Shown piece by piece: positions 20,431 to 26,488 of a DNA stretch of 64,000 nt (its first letter is position 1; the number at the start of each line of letters is the position of its first letter). The stretch comes from a virus (taxonomy: Duplodnaviria > Heunggongvirae > Uroviricota > Caudoviricetes). The notes under the pieces were generated by a model that had not been told where the DNA came from, did not search any database, and worked only from the letters and a program-made list of their open reading frames with translations. The translations under genes were made by a program, and so were the position numbers. The stretch lies in the IMG/VR virus record IMGVR_UViG_3300032163_000007, positions 21,587 to 85,586 of that record. One strand, written 5' to 3'.

Positions 20431-20957
20431 GGATACTAGGTTTGGACGCCTCGTCCAAGAGCTTTGGATGGGCGCTATACGACACTTCAAAGGATCATAT
20501 ATTTGCCAGTGGTGTTATACCCCTTAGAGGCAATGACTTAGGGGAAAAGCTTACCACTATCTATGATGAGTTGAGAAAACTCTACTCCGAATTTTATCCA
20601 GATGACATTGTTATAGAGGACATCTATTTAAAGAATGTTAAAACTATCGAAACTCTTAGTGAGGTTCGAGGTGCTGCTAGATTGGCCGTATGGCCAGAGC
20701 CCCTTCATAAAATCTCAACCAATTCTATGAAGAGCGGTATAGGTTTAACTAAGGCAATGCAAGATCCAGAGGTCAAAGCTAAGATCGCCGACTTAAAGGC
20801 CACACTAACCACCTCGCAGTATAAGGAAGGTATGCGTAAAATCAAGAAACAGCTTGTTATGGACATAGTTAATAAGCAGTTCGGTCTATGTCTGACTTGT
20901 GATGATGAGAGTGACGCCTGTGCCATCGCATATACTTACGCAAAAACTCTAAAGTAA
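20427..20957 (+). CDS. ruvC: RuvC-family Holliday junction resolvase
   Basis: 'ILGLDASSKSFGWAL' (catalytic Asp); 'IEDIY' (Glu); 'DESDACAIAY' (D..D), the RuvC fold signature. Confidence 0.65.
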   Translation: MRILGLDASSKSFGWALYDTSKDHIFASGVIPLRGNDLGEKLTTIYDELRKLYSEFYPDDIVIEDIYLKNVKTIETLSEVRGAARLAVWPEPLHKISTNSMKSGIGLTKAMQDPEVKAKIADLKATLTTSQYKEGMRKIKKQLVMDIVNKQFGLCLTCDDESDACAIAYTYAKTLK

Positions 20958-20990
20958 CTTTTTTCTTAGTTTCTAGTATAATTAGTAATA
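20951..20990 (+). promoter_or_regulatory. variant of the AAAGTAAGTTTTT motif (AAAGTAACTTTTTT...TCTAGTATAAT) with a -10-like TAGTATAAT
   Basis: Matches the recurring intergenic motif; contains TATAAT. Confidence 0.35.
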
Positions 20991-21432
20991 GCTAGCACAG
21001 CTCGCTCATGAGACCCGCAGATTGGCCTTGTGAGAATTGGGTGTTAGTGTAAGATTCTGTGAGTGGTTACAACTCTGAAGTGACACTCAGCGCCTCCTGC
21101 GCAACTGGTTTACCAGTGGAGGCGCAAAAATATATCCATCTACCAAGTGTAGTTTGGGTCCAGGAGTCCTCGCAAGGGCCTCCTGCTACCTCGTGCTCGA
21201 TAGTAAGAGGAAATGCTTTTAGCAGTCGTTTGGCGTAATTAAACGGCTCACCAAATAAAAATAGGCTATAATAAATATAGCAGCTACCACGTAGCTAACA
21301 AAGCAAGAAGGAGTTAACCACATGAAAGACAGTTATCGATATTTAAAACTAGAGTCCTCATGTCTGGAAAAACTCCATTCATCGTTGATCTAAAACCCCC
21401 GTATCGAGTTCGTTTATTGTTATGTGTTTTAA

Positions 21433-21523
21433 GGAAGGCCAACCCGATAGTTGGCGACGGGAGCTGTCTTGAAAACAGCCGAGCCGAAAGGCCTTAGAGG
21501 ATCGTCCCCTCTGCCTTCCGCCA
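21433..21523 (+). tRNA. tRNA-Ser(TGA)-like, type II, divergent D-arm and T-loop (possibly pseudo or atypical)
   Basis: 7-bp acceptor GGAAGGC/GCCTTCC + G + CCA; anticodon arm GCTGT-CTTGAAA-ACAGC; long variable arm with GAAA tetraloop; T-stem AGAGG/CCTCT with loop ATCGTCC; layout parallels E. coli tRNA-Ser(UGA). Confidence 0.5.
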
Positions 21524-21558
21524 TTAAATAGAGTAGTGTTCGAATTCTTGGAAGGATG

Positions 21559-21571
21559 CCATAATTAAGAT
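21559..21571 (+). promoter_or_regulatory. HEG-associated -10-like element CCATAATTAAGAT directly abutting the ATG
   Basis: Shared TAATTAAG core immediately upstream of all six homing-endonuclease starts. Confidence 0.45.
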
Positions 21572-22150
21572 ATGGAAATAGAAAGATTTTGTGATGTATG
21601 TGGTAAAGGCTTAGTTGGGAAGCAGCGGCACTACTGCTCCACTAGGTGTAAGCGTCTAAGCCACAAGAGCCTAGGGGGTACTGCATACTGCGTAATATGT
21701 GGAGAAAGTTTTCTAACACATGGAAGGTTAAGTCAGAAAACCTGCTCTACTACGTGTGCTGGCCTGTACAGGTCGAGAGCTCTAGATATTGAGAAGGTTG
21801 ATCGGGAGTACCGTCAGCGTAGTAAAGACCATTACGCAAAGTACAAGCAGGCGTATATTGACAGAAATAATAAGCAGTACGCAGAAGGCAAGGCATTTAT
21901 TAATGAGGAAAAGGTTCGTAGGGGTGGATGCTGCGTCTGTGGAGAGCTGGAACCTGTAGTACTTGACTTACACCACCTTGACCCAAAGCAGAAAGAAAAT
22001 AACTTAGCCCAGATGATCAGATACAGAAAAGAGCGAATTTTAGATGAGATGGCAAAAGGAGTTATTATATGCTCCAATTGTCACAAGAAGCATCATGCAG
22101 GACTTTTAGAGATTCCTTCCGATGCTGATAGAGGGCAGGTAGTCTCGTAA
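21572..22150 (+). CDS. HNH homing endonuclease with N-terminal zinc-ribbon repeats
   Basis: Repeated CxxCG...F and CSTxC motifs; HNH core 'DLHHLDP...N...CSNCHKKHH'; lies inside the tRNA array. Confidence 0.7.
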   Translation: MEIERFCDVCGKGLVGKQRHYCSTRCKRLSHKSLGGTAYCVICGESFLTHGRLSQKTCSTTCAGLYRSRALDIEKVDREYRQRSKDHYAKYKQAYIDRNNKQYAEGKAFINEEKVRRGGCCVCGELEPVVLDLHHLDPKQKENNLAQMIRYRKERILDEMAKGVIICSNCHKKHHAGLLEIPSDADRGQVVS

Positions 22151-22218
22151 GGGGCGAGGGTTGGCTGTAAACCAATTGCGGAAACGCCTTTATGGTTCAA
22201 ATCCATAACTGCCCACCA
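22133..22218 (+). tRNA. tRNA-Tyr(GTA)-like, type II; its 5' end overlaps the last 18 nt of the HNH gene
   Basis: Acceptor GGGCAGG/ACTGCCC (6 bp) + A + CCA; anticodon arm GTTGG-CTGTAAA-CCAAT; variable arm with GCG-GAAA-CGC; canonical T-arm TATGG-TTCAAAT-CCATA; 3 nt rather than 2 between acceptor and D-stem. Confidence 0.5.
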
Positions 22219-22255
22219 TAAAAATCGTTGACCTGAGTAGGTCGTAAAACTGCTC
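22219..22255 (+). repeat. conserved ~37-nt element (copy 1) immediately after a tRNA CCA end: TAAAAATCGTTGACCTGAGTAGGTCGTAAAACTGCTC
   Basis: Near-identical copy at 23599-23635; contains hairpin GACCT-gagt-AGGTC. Confidence 0.6.
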
Positions 22256-22320
22256 CGCGGTGGATAATAACAGAAAGTTGGTGATGTATATGTTGTAAAA
22301 GATCTAAGGAGGTCAACAAC

Positions 22321-22545
22321 ATGTCGAGATCAGTAAAGAAAAGTGGTTGGTGCACGGACGGACGCGATGGGCGTAAGTGGTGGAAAAACCAAGCCAACAG
22401 AAAGTTACGAAACGCGGAGGAAGTACCAAACGGTAAAGCATATAAGAAGCTTTATGAGAGTTGGAACATTCACGACTACAGGTTTCAAGTAGACCTGCAT
22501 GCGTGGTGGTTTGCAGAGAAGCCCTGGAAATACTTGGGCAAGTAA
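22321..22545 (+). CDS. hypothetical basic protein
   Basis: Strong RBS AAGGAGG; 74 aa, Lys/Trp-rich. Confidence 0.5.
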   Translation: MSRSVKKSGWCTDGRDGRKWWKNQANRKLRNAEEVPNGKAYKKLYESWNIHDYRFQVDLHAWWFAEKPWKYLGK

Positions 22546-22556
22546 ATTGTAAATGT

Positions 22557-22642
22557 GCCGGGATGATGTAATTGGTAGCCTTGCTAGTTTTAGAAACTAG
22601 TGTCCTTCGGACGTAGGAGTTCAAGTCTCCTTCCCGGTACCA
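22557..22642 (+). tRNA. tRNA-Leu(TAG), type II
   Basis: Strong similarity to bacterial tRNA-Leu (D-loop AATTGGTAG, variable arm GTGTCCTTCGGACGT, T-arm GGAGTTCAAGTCTCC); CCA encoded. Confidence 0.85.
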
Positions 22643-22654
22643 AAATAAATAGTA

Positions 22655-22727
22655 GCTCTTGTAGCCCAACGGTAGAGGCACCGTTCTTAAACAGCGTCAA
22701 GTACTGGTTCGAATCCAGTCAGGAGCA
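22655..22727 (+). tRNA. tRNA with anticodon TAA (would read UUA, Leu) but class I shape with a short variable loop
   Basis: Acceptor GCTCTTG/CAGGAGC; T-arm ACTGG-TTCGAAT-CCAGT; anticodon loop CTTAAAC; A73. Confidence 0.55.
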
Positions 22728-22743
22728 TAATAAAGGTATTTTA

Positions 22744-22815
22744 GGGATTGTAGCTCAGTGGTAGAGCAGCCGACTCTTAATCGGAAGGTCGATGGTTCAA
22801 ACCCATCCTGTCCCA
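22744..22815 (+). tRNA. tRNA-Lys(CTT)
   Basis: D-arm GCTC-AGTGGTA-GAGC; anticodon loop CTCTTAA; T-arm GATGG-TTCAAAC-CCATC; one U-U mismatch in the acceptor stem. Confidence 0.7.
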
Positions 22816-22818
22816 AGA

Positions 22819-22893
22819 GGATTCATAGCTCAATAGAAGAGCAGCCGGCTTTTAACCGGAAGGTTTAGGGTGCAAGTCCCTATGGATCCACCA
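22819..22893 (+). tRNA. tRNA-Lys(TTT)
   Basis: Acceptor GGATTCA/TGGATCC; anticodon loop CTTTTAA; T-arm TAGGG-TGCAAGT-CCCTA; CCA encoded. Confidence 0.75.
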
Positions 22894-22954
22894 AGGCAGT
22901 ATTAGAAAGGAAAGTAATTATGTTGAAACGAGTTAGATCAATTTAAGAAATAAT

Positions 22955-23044
22955 AGAAGCGTGGTCGAGAGGCTTATGACAGCAGTTTGCTAAACTGCCG
23001 AGCACGAAAGTGCTCCGTTGGTTCGATTCCAACCGCTTCTGCCA
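22955..23044 (+). tRNA. tRNA-Ser(GCT), type II
   Basis: Perfect acceptor AGAAGCG/CGCTTCT; anticodon loop TTGCTAA; long variable arm; T-arm GTTGG-TTCGATT-CCAAC; CCA encoded. Confidence 0.8.
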
Positions 23045-23047
23045 ATT

Positions 23048-23122
23048 GGCGCTGTCGTCTAATGGTTAGGACACCTGGTTTTCAACCAGGGAATCAGGGT
23101 TCAATTCCCTGCAGCGCTACCA
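23048..23122 (+). tRNA. tRNA-Glu(TTC)
   Basis: Anticodon arm CCTGG-TTTTCAA-CCAGG; T-arm CAGGG-TTCAATT-CCCTG; CCA encoded. Confidence 0.75.
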
Positions 23123-23130
23123 ACAATCAA

Positions 23131-23208
23131 GCGATCGTGGCCGAGTGGTCCAAGGCGGTGAGCTGCAACCTCACTAATCCAGAAGTTCGAATCTTCTCGA
23201 TCGCTCCA
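23131..23208 (+). tRNA. tRNA-Cys(GCA)
   Basis: Perfect acceptor GCGATCG/CGATCGC; anticodon arm GTGAG-CTGCAAC-CTCAC; T-arm AGAAG-TTCGAAT-CTTCT; CCA encoded. Confidence 0.7.
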
Positions 23209-23265
23209 AATTAAGTACTAAAAGTTACGCCATATAGTCTATAATATAAATAAGGAGTTGAAGTA

Positions 23266-23367
23266 AATGTCAGTTGTAGCACGTATCCCCCAGATCCAAC
23301 ATCAACAACGCATTAGCCATGCTCCAGCTATTGTAGTGCCCGCAGCGTGGGACGATAGCATCAAATA
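23266..23367 (+). CDS. micro-ORF (33 aa) inside the tRNA array, with its own promoter-like TATAAT/TATAAATA, an RBS and a terminator
   Basis: 'TAGTCTATAATATAAATAAGGAGttgaagtaaATG'; followed by a rho-independent terminator. Confidence 0.35.
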
Positions 23368-23393
23368 AATACAGCCTCCATTTTTAGACAGTT

Positions 23394-23423
23394 CAAAAAA
23401 GGAGGCTTCGGCCTCCTTTTTTT
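23394..23423 (+). terminator. rho-independent terminator (bidirectional type)
   Basis: AAAAAAGGAGGC-ttcg-GCCTCCTTTTTTT. Confidence 0.8.
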
Positions 23424-23445
23424 ATTGTCTGTGGAGTTTGTTAGA

Positions 23446-23519
23446 CCGTGTGTAGCTCAGTTTGGTAGAGTACTGGTTTTGGGAACCAGATGCCGAAGGT
23501 TCGAACCCTTCTACACGGA
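23446..23519 (+). tRNA. tRNA-Pro(TGG)
   Basis: Acceptor CCGTGTG/TACACGG; anticodon arm CTGGT-TTTGGGA-ACCAG; T-arm GAAGG-TTCGAAC-CCTTC. Confidence 0.75.
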
Positions 23520-23523
23520 AAAT

Positions 23524-23598
23524 CTGGGATAGGTGTTTTTAGAGGCATAGCCGCTTTGGAAGCGGGCGGGGTTGGGGCGGTTCCAACATTCCAGACCA
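23524..23598 (+). tRNA. degenerate tRNA-Pro(TGG)-like tandem copy (pseudo or atypical tRNA)
   Basis: 7-bp acceptor CTGGGAT/ATTCCAG + A + CCA; anticodon loop TTTGGAA on a 4-bp stem; T-stem GTTGG/CCAAC with non-canonical loop GGCGGTT; D-loop lacks GG. Confidence 0.35.
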
Positions 23599-23635
23599 TA
23601 AAAATTGCGGACCTGAGTAGGTCGTAAAACTGCTC
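23599..23635 (+). repeat. conserved ~37-nt post-CCA element (copy 2): TAAAAATTGCGGACCTGAGTAGGTCGTAAAACTGCTC
   Basis: Near-identical to 22219-22255; again directly follows a degenerate tRNA's CCA. Confidence 0.6.
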
Positions 23636-23648
23636 AGTACTTGAAACT

Positions 23649-23723
23649 AGGCTTATAGTGAAATGGTTATCACACTTCCCTTTGACGGAAGTATTATTGG
23701 TTCGAATCCAGTTAGGCCTGCCA
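23649..23723 (+). tRNA. tRNA-Gln(TTG)
   Basis: Acceptor AGGCTTA/TAGGCCT; D-arm GTGA-AATGGTTA-TCAC; anticodon arm CTTCC-CTTTGAC-GGAAG; T-arm ATTGG-TTCGAAT-CCAGT; CCA encoded. Confidence 0.75.
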
Positions 23724-23758
23724 AAGTTATATCTTGTTGTGTTTAGATCTTACTCTGC

Positions 23759-23771
23759 CTATAATTAAACT
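23759..23771 (+). promoter_or_regulatory. HEG-associated element CTATAATTAAACT abutting the ATG
   Basis: Shared TATAATTAA core. Confidence 0.45.
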
Positions 23772-24419
23772 ATGGAAAAGAAAAAAGAAGATCGATTTTG
23801 CAGCATATGTGGTAGACGCTTAGCTTGGAATCAAGTCAGCTGTTGCTCTAACACGTGTAGACTTGCACTCAAAGAGTCTAAGAAGACTATAAAGTTTTGC
23901 AAGCAGTGTGGAAAGCAGCTGGGACCTAAAGACTATCAGAAGCAGTTCTGTAATGGATCTTGTGCTGCTACGTACAATAACTTAGCAAAGGGTAGAGACA
24001 GAATGGTAGAGGCGGTATGTCCTATATGTGGTAAGAAGTTTACTACTCTACCACATAAGCGTAGAGTTAGTTGTAGCTCTGAGTGCGCCCTTGTGCTTAG
24101 GAGCCACAGAGTAGCGAGCCTTATAAAGAGTGGAGAGTTCACATACCAAGGAGGTGGTAGTGTCCCCCAAAGTGTTAGGCGATATATTATGCAGAAGTAT
24201 GGGAGTAAGTGTACTAAGTGCGGTTGGCATGAGGTCAATCCTAAAACAGGAAAGACACCGCTACATGTAGACCACATAGATGGTAACTCCCAGAATTATA
24301 AAGAGGAGAATCTAGATCTGCTATGCCCTAATTGCCACAGCCTGACCCCTACCTATGGTAGTCTTAATAAGGGTAACGGCAGGGATAGTATAAAGAAGCG
24401 GATTAAGGGTTTAGTATAG
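23772..24419 (+). CDS. HNH homing endonuclease with zinc-ribbon repeats
   Basis: Five CxxCG/CSxxC repeats; HNH core 'LHVDHIDGNSQNYKEENLDLLCPNCH'. Confidence 0.7.
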   Translation: MEKKKEDRFCSICGRRLAWNQVSCCSNTCRLALKESKKTIKFCKQCGKQLGPKDYQKQFCNGSCAATYNNLAKGRDRMVEAVCPICGKKFTTLPHKRRVSCSSECALVLRSHRVASLIKSGEFTYQGGGSVPQSVRRYIMQKYGSKCTKCGWHEVNPKTGKTPLHVDHIDGNSQNYKEENLDLLCPNCHSLTPTYGSLNKGNGRDSIKKRIKGLV

Positions 24420-24484
24420 CAGTAGTACGCCGATCTCCAAAATCGGAGGTAGGAGGGCAGCACTTCTAATCCTTGCCATATAAC

Positions 24485-24560
24485 GGGGCTGTAGCGCAAC
24501 TGGTAGCGCATTTGTCTTGCACACAAAAGGTCATCGGTTCGATCCCGATCAGCTCCACCA
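24485..24560 (+). tRNA. tRNA-Ala(TGC)
   Basis: D-arm GCGC-AACTGGTA-GCGC; anticodon arm TTTGT-CTTGCAC-ACAAA; T-arm ATCGG-TTCGATC-CCGAT; CCA encoded. Confidence 0.8.
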
Positions 24561-24563
24561 AGC

Positions 24564-24638
24564 GGTTTGTTGGTGTAATGGTTAGCACGGTTGATTGTCA
24601 ATCAACAAGCAGGAGTTCAATTCTCCTACTTACCGCCA
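24564..24638 (+). tRNA. tRNA-Asp(GTC), acceptor stem with two U-U mismatches
   Basis: D-arm GTGT-AATGGTTA-GCAC; anticodon arm GTTGA-TTGTCAA-TCAAC; T-arm AGGAG-TTCAATT-CTCCT; 3' end ...ACCGCCA. Confidence 0.6.
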
Positions 24639-24641
24639 TTT

Positions 24642-24716
24642 AGGATATTAGCTCAGCAGTAGAGCAATCGGCTGATAACCGATAGGTCCGTAGGGCAGCA
24701 CTACGATATCCTACCA
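24642..24716 (+). tRNA. tRNA-Ile(GAT) with atypical D-loop (no GG) and T-loop (GGCAGCA, no TTC)
   Basis: Perfect acceptor AGGATAT/ATATCCT + A + CCA; anticodon arm ATCGG-CTGATAA-CCGAT; T-stem CGTAG/CTACG. Confidence 0.55.
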
Positions 24717-24832
24717 TAAAGATTTGAGGGATAGAATGAGCCTGCGGTGGTTGAGACCCCACACTACGAAGAGGTAGTAAAAATAGCAGGCCCCCTTCAC
24801 TCCGCCCGGGTACGCGGTAAAACTGCCCATGA

Positions 24833-24905
24833 GGATCCTTAGCTCAGATGGTAGAGCGCCCTCCTTACAAGTGGGATGTCGTAGGTTCGAGTCCTACAGG
24901 ATCCA
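24833..24905 (+). tRNA. tRNA-Val(TAC)
   Basis: Perfect acceptor GGATCCT/AGGATCC; D-arm GCTC-AGATGGTA-GAGC; anticodon loop CTTACAA; T-arm GTAGG-TTCGAGT-CCTAC. Confidence 0.75.
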
Positions 24906-24908
24906 AAT

Positions 24909-24985
24909 GGGTAATTAGCTCAATGGATTAGAGCGCATGCCTACGAAGCATAAGGTTGAAGGTTCGAGTCCTTCATTGCCCTCCA
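24909..24985 (+). tRNA. tRNA-Arg(ACG)
   Basis: Acceptor GGGTAAT/ATTGCCC; anticodon loop CTACGAA; T-arm GAAGG-TTCGAGT-CCTTC; CCA encoded. Confidence 0.7.
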
Positions 24986-24988
24986 AGT

Positions 24989-25062
24989 GGTGATAGTAGT
25001 GTAATGGAAGCACACTTCTCTGTGAAAGAAGTAGACAGGGGTCAGTACCCGCTATCACACCA
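24989..25062 (+). tRNA. tRNA-His(GTG) with G-1 and a non-canonical shortened T-arm
   Basis: G-1 + acceptor GTGATAG/CTATCAC; anticodon arm CTTCT-CTGTGAA-AGAAG; T region GGGT-cagt-ACCC; CCA encoded. Confidence 0.5.
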
Positions 25063-25068
25063 TTAAAT

Positions 25069-25102
25069 TAAAGTAAGTTTTTTTAGACTTATAGATCCAT
25101 GT
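25069..25102 (+). promoter_or_regulatory. promoter-like motif AAAGTAAGTTTTTTT-N-TTATAGAT
   Basis: One of 7 copies of AAGTAAGTTTTT ... TATAG/CTAGT found 10-35 nt upstream of start codons. Confidence 0.45.
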
Positions 25103-25291
25103 ATGAAAATCACAGAATATAAAATAGTAGGATCTCAGAGAGCTTCAGATTTGGAACACAAAGTCAAGATGGGTCTAAGAGAGGGTTTCCAACCCCTTGG
25201 TGGGCCATTCTTCAGTACAATAGGAAGCTACTTCAGTCAAGCTCTAGTAAAATATGAGGAGGAAAAATGTTTAACAGTATCGGCGAAATAG
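25103..25291 (+). CDS. hypothetical protein
   Basis: Listed ORF immediately downstream of the promoter-like motif. Confidence 0.4.
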   Translation: MKITEYKIVGSQRASDLEHKVKMGLREGFQPLGGPFFSTIGSYFSQALVKYEEEKCLTVSAK

Positions 25292-25497
25292 TGGATTGGC
25301 TCAAAGAATCTAATTGGCCTCAGAAGATAGCTCTTCAGATCGACCCGAGGATAGCTCAACTGCCCCCAGAAGAGTTACATGAGAGGCAAACAGCTCTCAC
25401 ACACCTAGTAAATTACTTGCAACAAATGGGTTATGCAATGCAGCAGATAAACATGAATGCCCAGCAGATTCTTTTGTGGCAAAGGATGGTAGCATAA
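25267..25497 (+). CDS. hypothetical protein
   Basis: Listed ORF. Confidence 0.35.
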   Translation: MFNSIGEIVDWLKESNWPQKIALQIDPRIAQLPPEELHERQTALTHLVNYLQQMGYAMQQINMNAQQILLWQRMVA

Positions 25498-25910
25498 TGA
25501 CAGAGGTAGAAAAATGGTTAGCAGCTTGGGGAGATAGAACAGTTATAGCTTTTGATTTTGACGGAGTTATTGCAACCTATGAAGGTTGGCTAGGTGCAGA
25601 TGTGTTTGGGAAGCCTATTAAACAAACAATTGACTTTATGAACAGTCTACAGTTTAGGTCAGACTATAAGTTCTATGTTACAATCTTTACATCTAGGCAA
25701 GCTACTCCTGCTATCAAGAAATGGTTAGCAGATAACAACGTACACTACGATTCTATTAATGATAATAGTCACAATCCTCCAGACAGTTCTCATAAACCAT
25801 TCTATCATGTATTCATCGATGACAGAGCCATTGGTTACCGGGGTCAGCACATCTCTGATGTATCCAACGAGATGCATTGTATAATTAAGGGGATCTACGG
25901 ACATAAGTAG
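25476..25910 (+). CDS. HAD-superfamily hydrolase (nucleotidase-like)
   Basis: HAD motif I 'IAFDFDGVI'; C-terminal 'FIDDRA'. Confidence 0.5.
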   Translation: MAKDGSIMTEVEKWLAAWGDRTVIAFDFDGVIATYEGWLGADVFGKPIKQTIDFMNSLQFRSDYKFYVTIFTSRQATPAIKKWLADNNVHYDSINDNSHNPPDSSHKPFYHVFIDDRAIGYRGQHISDVSNEMHCIIKGIYGHK

Positions 25911-25918
25911 GAGTTAAG

Positions 25919-26488
25919 ATGGCTGATGTCAACTTCGATATAAACAAGCTTCGTGTTGGTGATATATTCAACTATATTCCTTTACCCCTTAGTACTGCTA
26001 AAGACCCCATGGATTGGTTGGGTAAAGCCTTTGGCATATTCATAGCGAAGGTGACTTGGTCAAAGTACAACCACACATCTCAGGTAGTAGCTATTTTCGA
26101 TGTAGAGCCCAGGATCAATATTACAGAAGCGCTTCCTAAACTAGGGGTCTACACAAAGCCCTTTAATCCCAAATGGTTTCCCAATATAACAATATTTAGA
26201 CCTGGCTCATGCTCCGCTGCAAAATCTAAGGAAGCCGCTAATTGGTGGAGATCCAAGAATGGTAGCAAGTATGATTATGTAGCAGCAGGCTTGAGTGGGT
26301 TCCGTAACTTTTTCAACTTCTTTAGACGCGAGAAGTTAATTTTTGACAACCAACAGAAATACTTTTGCAGCAATGGTGTGGCCCTAGGCTATGCTGAGCA
26401 AGGTGTTCAGATATCAAAATCTGAGCCCAGTCAATGCACCCCCGGTGACATTGGTCGCAACAAGGATTACTTAGTCATCGTTGAATAG
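25919..26488 (+). CDS. hypothetical protein
   Basis: Listed ORF; RBS GGAG. Confidence 0.4.
   Translation: MADVNFDINKLRVGDIFNYIPLPLSTAKDPMDWLGKAFGIFIAKVTWSKYNHTSQVVAIFDVEPRINITEALPKLGVYTKPFNPKWFPNITIFRPGSCSAAKSKEAANWWRSKNGSKYDYVAAGLSGFRNFFNFFRREKLIFDNQQKYFCSNGVALGYAEQGVQISKSEPSQCTPGDIGRNKDYLVIVE

Noticed and set aside
22987-23214. 75-aa ORF spanning tRNA-Ser, tRNA-Glu and tRNA-Cys
   Set aside because: It reads straight through three canonical tRNA genes, so it is a translation artefact.
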